The notes under the pieces: generated by a model
Databases searched by the model: none
Told to the model about the DNA's origin: nothing
What the model saw: only the letters and a program-made list of their open reading frames with translations
Source of the DNA: the human T2T-CHM13v2.0 reference genome, Homo sapiens
Assembly: GCA_009914755.4 (NCBI GenBank)
Contig: CP068257.2
Location: 13,024,001 to 13,088,000 of the forward strand
Length of the DNA stretch: 64,000 nt
Direction of reading: 5' to 3'
Position numbers and translations under genes: made by a program
Shown here: in pieces, positions 56,728 to 64,000 of the stretch
Position numbering within the stretch: position 1 is the stretch's first letter
How the letters are laid out: each line of letters opens with the position of its first letter

Positions 56728-56785
56728 TAACTCTGAAGCTGCCTAGAAAAAAATGGCCCACCTGGTAGCAATAACTACCTCTATC

Positions 56786-56930
56786 GTGCCAGGCATGGTG
56801 GCTCATGACTGTAATCTCAGCACTTTGGGAGGCTGAGGCAGGAGGATCACTTGAGCTCCGGTGTTCGAGATCAGCCTGGGCAACATAGCAAGATCCCATC
56901 TCTACAAAAAATTAAAAAATAATTAAAAAC
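56786..56930 (+). mobile_element. Free left Alu monomer (FLAM)-like or half-Alu insertion with a 9-bp TSD
   Basis: gtgccaggcatggtggctcatgactgtaatctcagcactttgggaggctgaggcaggaggatcacttgagctccggtgttcgagatcagcctgggcaacatagcaagatcccatctctacaaaaaattaaaaaataattaaaaac is the left Alu arm plus an A-rich tail, with no right arm. The direct repeat 'acctctatc' sits at 56777-56785 and 56931-56939. Confidence 0.85.
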
Positions 56931-59900
56931 ACCTCTATCATGGTCTACAGATACCATTTCCTACAGGCTGATTCCAGACCTGGGGCAGAAAACGTACAAG
57001 ATGAGCCTGGATACTGTACCATACCATAGAACAAGAACACTATTATATATGACTAGGGTCTCATCAAGAGGATTTAGGAGCTGACTTAAAAGGACTCCCA
57101 CTGGCCAAAGATTGTTATGTAAAAGAATAAAAACGGCAAATGATTCAAACATATTAAATATGTTTGTTCATGAGTTCATAATGATGCAAAAATACGTACA
57201 TACACATGCACAGAGAGAGAGAACCAGAGGGAGGGAGGACAGAAAACATCTATTGTGTCATCCTCACCAGATTCTAGGGAAATAATTTATTATTTTGGGA
57301 ACCAGTAAATAAAGAAAAGAAACAAGGCATTTGTTTGCCTTGTCTACATCAACTATACCACTGGATAATCTAATAAAAGATCAGGAGATGTTTTTCTTTA
57401 TACAGATAGTCTAACTAACAAAAAACAAATGAATGATAGATTAGAAATTCACAATTTACAAAAAAATGCATTTATGACTTTTATGAGACTATTGAGAATT
57501 TGAACACTGGATATTTGATTAAGAAATTATTAACTTTAGGTGAGATACTAATATTTTGGCTATATTAAGGGAGTCATTATTAAAGGATCACAATAAATAT
57601 TTATGGATGAGATAATATGGTCTTTGCAATTCACTTCAGGATAATAGGAGGGAGAAAATGGAAGAAAGTATAGAGGGGCAAAATTGGCCTTAGCCTCATA
57701 TTTCTTGGAGCTGAGTGATGGAACTTCATTATATTAGGTTGATGTGAAAGTAATTGTGGTTTTTGCCATTACAGTAGACAAAAACCACAATTACCTTTGC
57801 ACCAACACAATACTATGCTTTCTCCTTTTGTGTGTGATTAAAAGTCTCTATGTTAAAGGAAAATGTTAAGAAAGGGTATAATCATGACTTTTATAAAACT
57901 ATTAAATGAACCTAGGTCAAAGATTGTTTGTGGTTTATTAATTTATAAGGAAACCAATAAGATGTTACTACTAATTTTTAAGGAGATTATATAGTTTATA
58001 GGAGACGTCAAAGAAATAAATCTTTGTAAGCATTAAGTGTGCAGAAATGAATTTACAAAACTCACTTATTCCATGAAGCGTGTGGTTGTGGGGGTGGTAA
58101 CAGGAAAGGAATTGTATTTCCTCTGGACAAAATATGTTTACATGTCTATAGTCAGGAATCCTTTGTTGGTATCACTTATTTGCAATTTACAGAGTGGTTA
58201 AAAAGCTTAAAGGCAATGAAAGTTGTAGAAACACCATAGAATCAGATGACCTGAAAGAATATGTTTAGGCAGCACTTACTTTTCATTCTTTCTCACTTTT
58301 CAGTGATCTTTTCAGTCTTTCTCACTTTTTCCTATCGTCTCTGTGCTACGCAGAATAATGCCCACTCCCCACAACCCCCAGAGCCTGTGAATATGTTAAT
58401 TTACGTGGCAAATGAGACTATGCCGTTGTGATTAAATTGAGGATCTGGAGGTTGGGAGATTATCCTGGATTATCTGGATAGGCCCAATGTAATCACAGGA
58501 ATCCTTATATTGAGAGAAAACACAGGAAAGTCAAAGTAAAAGAAGGACATGTGACAATGGAAGGAGAGATTGAATTTATGCAATTGCTGACTTTGAAAAT
58601 GGAGGAGGCAGGCCTTGAGTGCAGGAAGGCAGGTAGCTTCTAGAAACTGCAAAAGTCAAGGAAACCAATTCTTCTCTAGGGCTTCCAGAAGAATGCAGCT
58701 CTGCATTCTGCAAAATGATCTCAGTGAGACCCATTGATTTCTGACCTCGGAACTGCACGATAATACATTCATGTTGTTTTGAGCCATTAAGTTTGTAGTA
58801 ATTTTTTACAGCAGCATAAGAAATTAATACAGTCTCCAACCACGCTGAGCTTTAAGATCATATTTATCTCAAACAAGGAGTATTCTTAATCACCAAAATA
58901 CTTGGTCCCACCCACGATTTTTAGCCTGATTGATTGCTAATAAGATGTAGCAAGAGTGTTGACAAATCTCTTTGAGACTGTTTTGAGAATCTAGAGCTAT
59001 GCAATGTGGAACAACCAGTGAGAACACAAACTTAACTTCTGTTTGTAAGTTTCCGTAAGAAATAATTTCTTTCTCAGCATTTCCTGCCTCATGCAAGTAC
59101 CAACATTTATCTCATTATATCTGGATTATTTAACACATGACTAATTTCTGGATTTCTCTGTATCAACTGTTGTATTTGTGCATTTAGAAACATCTCGTAT
59201 TCGTTCTCCTAAGACTAGAAACTCAAGCCTAACAAATACCTATATCACATTTCATCTGTATAATTTACAAATCTGACAGAATTCCTGTCTTCTAGGGGTC
59301 GCTCAAATTTTTTAAAGCTTTTACTCTACAGAGAAGTGACCGTCTTGCCATCTGTAAGACCAAACCCTGTAAGCCAATATTTCTGGGTGGGCTTTGTAGG
59401 CATTAGCTCCACACATAAAATCAACATTAGTTCCTTAAAAGTGACTTATCCTATCTAATTACATTTGTATTATTTTCAAAGATGATATTCACCTTGGTTG
59501 CATAGTTGATTTGTCCAAACATAACCTGGTAAAACAGAGAACAGATTCTACTGAATCTATTCACATAATTATGTTACTATGAAAAGTAATGATGCTTAGT
59601 AAAAGCTTTGAAATACAAAAGTCATTATAAATCAGCTACCATTTACAAATTTTTTTTTCAGTTTACGAAAGCAGTTTATTAAACTTCTGTGGGTTGTTAA
59701 TGGCTTAAGAAAAGATAGGACTTCCTCATATATTCAAAAAATAGAAAAACAAAACAACACTATTTCAAACAAACAAATTATTACAATAAAAATTTCCTCA
59801 TTAGCTCATTTAGATATATTTAATTAATTCTTGTGCTGCTGAATCTTGTGTTACCAGTTTCACAAAGCTGTCTAGTTTTCAACCTAAAATAATACGAGAA

Positions 59901-59986
59901 ACCCAGCCCCATCCACTGGTAGAATCTGAGAGCAAATTATCTCTGTAAAATCTCAGAGAGTAACTATTTTAGAATTTGCAGGCCAG

Positions 59987-60259
59987 GCCAGGAGCAATGG
60001 CTCACATCTGTAATAATGGTGCTTTGGGAGGCTGAAGTGGGAGAGCACCTTGAGCCCAGGAGTTCAAGACTAGCCTGGACAACAAAGCAAGATTTAGTCT
60101 CTACAAAAAATTAAAAAATTAGCTGAGCATGATGGCATGTGCCTACAATCCTGGCTACTCAGAAGGCTGAGGCAGGAGGATCTCTTGAGACCAGGAGTTC
60201 AAGGCTGCAGTGAGCTGTGACTGCACTGCAGCATGGGCAAGAGAAAAAGAAAAAATAAT
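59987..60259 (+). mobile_element. Alu, plus strand, diverged, with a 14-bp TSD
   Basis: gccaggagcaatggctcacatctgtaataatggtgctttgggaggctgaagtgggagagcaccttgagcccaggagttcaagactagcctgg…gcactgcagcatgggcaagagaaaaagaaaaaataat. The direct repeat 'aatttgcaggccag' sits at 59973-59986 and 60260-60273. Confidence 0.95.
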
Positions 60260-62168
60260 AATTTGCAGGCCAGATTCTCTCTGTCACAACTACTGAGCTC
60301 TGCCATTTTAGCAAAAGAAAAGTCACAAAAGACAATACAAATGTAAGTGGACATGTTGTGCTTCAATAAAACATTTACAAAAACAGGCAGTGTCTTTCCG
60401 GGGAAGCAGGCCATCCTTTGCTGATCCCTGCTCTAATCAATATCAGATCAGCTTTGATAAGTCAACAGGTTGCAGTACAAGCCTTTTCCTGAAGGCTCCG
60501 AAGCTCTCGTTCTTGGCTGAACTCACAAAATCTTCCTTGTAGCTTATAGCAGAGACTCCATGGGATCATCAGAGTAAAACAAATACTATCTGAAGATAGA
60601 AGAGAATTAATGGCTGTAGTTAATTTATTACTAATAATTTTCAATTGTGAACATTTTATGAGATTTTTCTATATAGTATAGAACAACTGTAGAGTTGAAT
60701 AATGCAGTTGACAGGAGTACATGATTATTTCAGTGACATGAAAATCAAAGATAATAAAACCATTCCAAAAAAAAGTTTCTGAGAAAAATGATCAAATCTA
60801 TTTTCAGAAACATCACTGAATGCTATATCTGATTTACAAAATTGGATGAATGGCTTTAATGAGAAAAAATCTTGGAATATAGCATATAATATACATAATA
60901 TGCCAAGAATGTCAAATAAAGAGATTCAGTAAGTCTAGAGTGGGGCCTAAACATGTAGAAAACTCCTTGGGCAATCCAGTGTGCACCTCCAATATAGAAC
61001 CACTAGCCTAGAAGACTCTAGCTTTTGTTGGGTGTGGGAATTGATTTCACTCTACTTACAAACCATTAAGATAGCTCTAAGATATGCTCTTACTGTTTCT
61101 TGTGTACCAACAGAAGACATGAGACTCCTAGATCAGAGACAGAGGACTTTATTACTTACATCACAGCAAGCAACACAAATGAATATAGTTGCATTTAGTT
61201 TCTCTTGTACCTAAGTCCCACAGGGGTGACAGAGAGGGTCCAGATAGATGCTGTGCATGCATAGGGTTTATGTCACAGTCTGAAGAACTCTGAGTTTGAG
61301 GAAATCCATCACTTCTGTAGTAAGCAGTAAGCAAGCCTAATCTCTGCCTCAGATGGAAGTTTTATTTCATCCCTCAAAGAAACTTATGAGAACACAGCCT
61401 TGGGAACTGGCCCAGGTAAAGGAGCAACCAGGGCCTTGAAATCTCAGCAAGGAGTATGAGAAGCCCATGAACAGCTATGTCTCCCAACAGATTCAAATGA
61501 AAAAAGTAAGGTTGTAGACAAGTGAGCATTTGAAGTAAAACCTGAAATTATAACAGATAAGTATATATTGTTTTTGCTTAATGTCATCACATAAAGCACA
61601 ATAGGACTCTGATAAATATTCAAAAATCCGACAGAACTAGTTCATCATAATCTTGATCAGGGTTTCACCAGAGTTGAAATATATTATGAAAAGGAAGGTA
61701 TTGACAAATCTCTAAGGACTTCACATAAAGCATACAATTTCTGAAATATTTGGATTAATAACATTAACCTTTACAAACTGAACCTAGAGAAAAGCGTGTC
61801 TTTCCAAATTTGACAATTTTTCCCATGCAGTTGTTATAATAGTAGCAAATCAAACAAAACTCAGTATTTCTAGTGCCTCTTTTTATGAGCAAAAGAACAA
61901 ATTTTTGTGATTGTTTCCCAGGAGCCCTCTGGGAAACCTCAAAGATAGTTTACATGTAAAAGATAGTCTGAATTTTTATTTTATTTTTTCTATACTTAGG
62001 ACCTGAATTTGAGAAGGCTAAAATCACAATGTCTTCAGAGATTTGGAACCAAGATTGAGATAAGATGGTGGGTGCCTGAGAAATAATAACTAGTTACCAA
62101 TTAAATAAAATGACAATAAAACAAAAATAAACATTGAAATTAGCAGGGTGGTGAAAACCTTAGTTCTA

Positions 62169-62488
<320 letters not shown>

Positions 62489-62732
62489 TTAGTTCTATTA
62501 TAAGTGAGGAAGCTTTCTTCTTTTTTTTCATATTACATAATTAAGAAATTTAGTCAACAAAAACCACATAAAATAATGCTGGTAAAATAGAGAATCTCTG
62601 CTGCTATCCACATGGATTACACAGAAGGTAAAAAAGAACCTGTCAAATTGTTGGCAAAGATCATCAGTAACCTAAAAAAGGAAACTCATCAAGATTTAGT
62701 ATATTTTGTTAAAATTTCAACACTTTTAATAG

Positions 62733-63071
<339 letters not shown>

Positions 63072-63611
63072 GCACTCGGCCTAAAAAAATCACTTTTAAA
63101 ATTTCAATATTATTTATCTTCTTTCACATTCTGGAATAAATTGGCATTTTACTTTAGGACAGATCTCAGGAAGCTCATGAGTAAAAACTTATTTCACAAT
63201 AATACTAAGATATTTATGTTAGCATGCAATGTATTCATCATGGCTATATTTAAATAAATCCATAAATGTTTAAAACTTGTTTAAATTCTGAATATGATAA
63301 ATATTGATATGTATAGCTCACAGAAGCAAAAGCTCTCTGAGTTCCTCAATAGGTTCCAAAAGCCTGAGAATTGTTACCTTAAAACGAAAGTATTCTTTTT
63401 TTCTTCCAAAATACATACACAGTTCATTTTGGGTCATCATCGCTCCAAGGGTAGTTTCTGTTACTCGTGTTAATTTTAACATTTAATAAACTCTCACAGA
63501 GAAAACGAGGGTAGCCAAGTGTCTGTCATACATAAGTATTTTAGCCAATTAGCAAAGCTCATGGACACACAGAATATGTCTTTCAACAGCCACACAAATA
63601 CATTTTATACT

Positions 63612-63929
63612 TTTTTTTCTTTTCTTTTTTTTTTTTTTTTTTGGAGCCAGGGTCTTGCTCTGTCACCCAAGCTGGAGTGCAGTGGTAACGTGGCTCAATC
63701 ATGGCTCACGGTAGCCTCGACCTCTTGGGCTCAAGCAATCCTTCCATCTCAGCCTCCTAAGTAGCTAGGACCACATGCATGCACCACCAAGCACAACTAA
63801 TTTTTTAATTTTTGTAGAGATGGGGTCTACCTATGTTGCCCAGGCTCATCTCAAATTCCTGGACTCAAATGATCCTCCTGTCTTAGCCTCCAAAGTTCTG
63901 GGATTATAGACATGAGCCACCTCACCCAG
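63612..63929 (-). mobile_element. Alu, minus strand, older AluJ/S-like and diverged
   Basis: Poly-T followed by ggagccagggtcttgctctgtcacccaagctggagtgcagtgg…gggattatagacatgagccacctcacccag. Confidence 0.9.
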
Positions 63930-64000
63930 TTTACACTTTCTTAATTAGACAAAAATGAATACGTCCATTAACAGGGACAAAGATCAATCCAATTTAATCA

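Overview
This window reads as human or other primate nuclear DNA from a repeat-dense, AT-rich, gene-poor region, either intergenic or deep intronic. No prokaryotic or novel 'system' is visible. I found no credible protein-coding exon. The longest ORFs are 156 aa or shorter and all fall inside Alu, L1 or microsatellite sequence, and I saw no CpG island. By eye the window holds 16 Alu-family SINEs. Many have intact target-site duplications (TSDs). One is a nested Alu-into-Alu insertion and one is a free-left-monomer-like half Alu. There are at least seven L1 fragments. Two are L1PA-like 3' ends on the minus strand. One is a 370-bp plus-strand 3' end with a 14-bp TSD. The rest form a nested cluster of old L1 ORF1/ORF2 pieces that retains an 89-aa ORF1p remnant. 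There are eight solo LTRs of the ERVL-MaLR group (THE1-, MST- and MLT1-like), three MER5-like hAT elements, and numerous simple repeats. The loci I would look at first are a roughly 560-bp purine-rich (GGAA/GA) tract split by an MLT1 LTR, a roughly 300-bp palindromic AT-rich repeat inside another MLT1 LTR, a 76-bp tandem triplication derived from a MIR SINE core, and a closely spaced inverted Alu pair. All coordinates were counted by hand from the printed sequence and are approximate to a few bp. Repeat family names come from remembered consensus sequences and were not run against Dfam or RepeatMasker.
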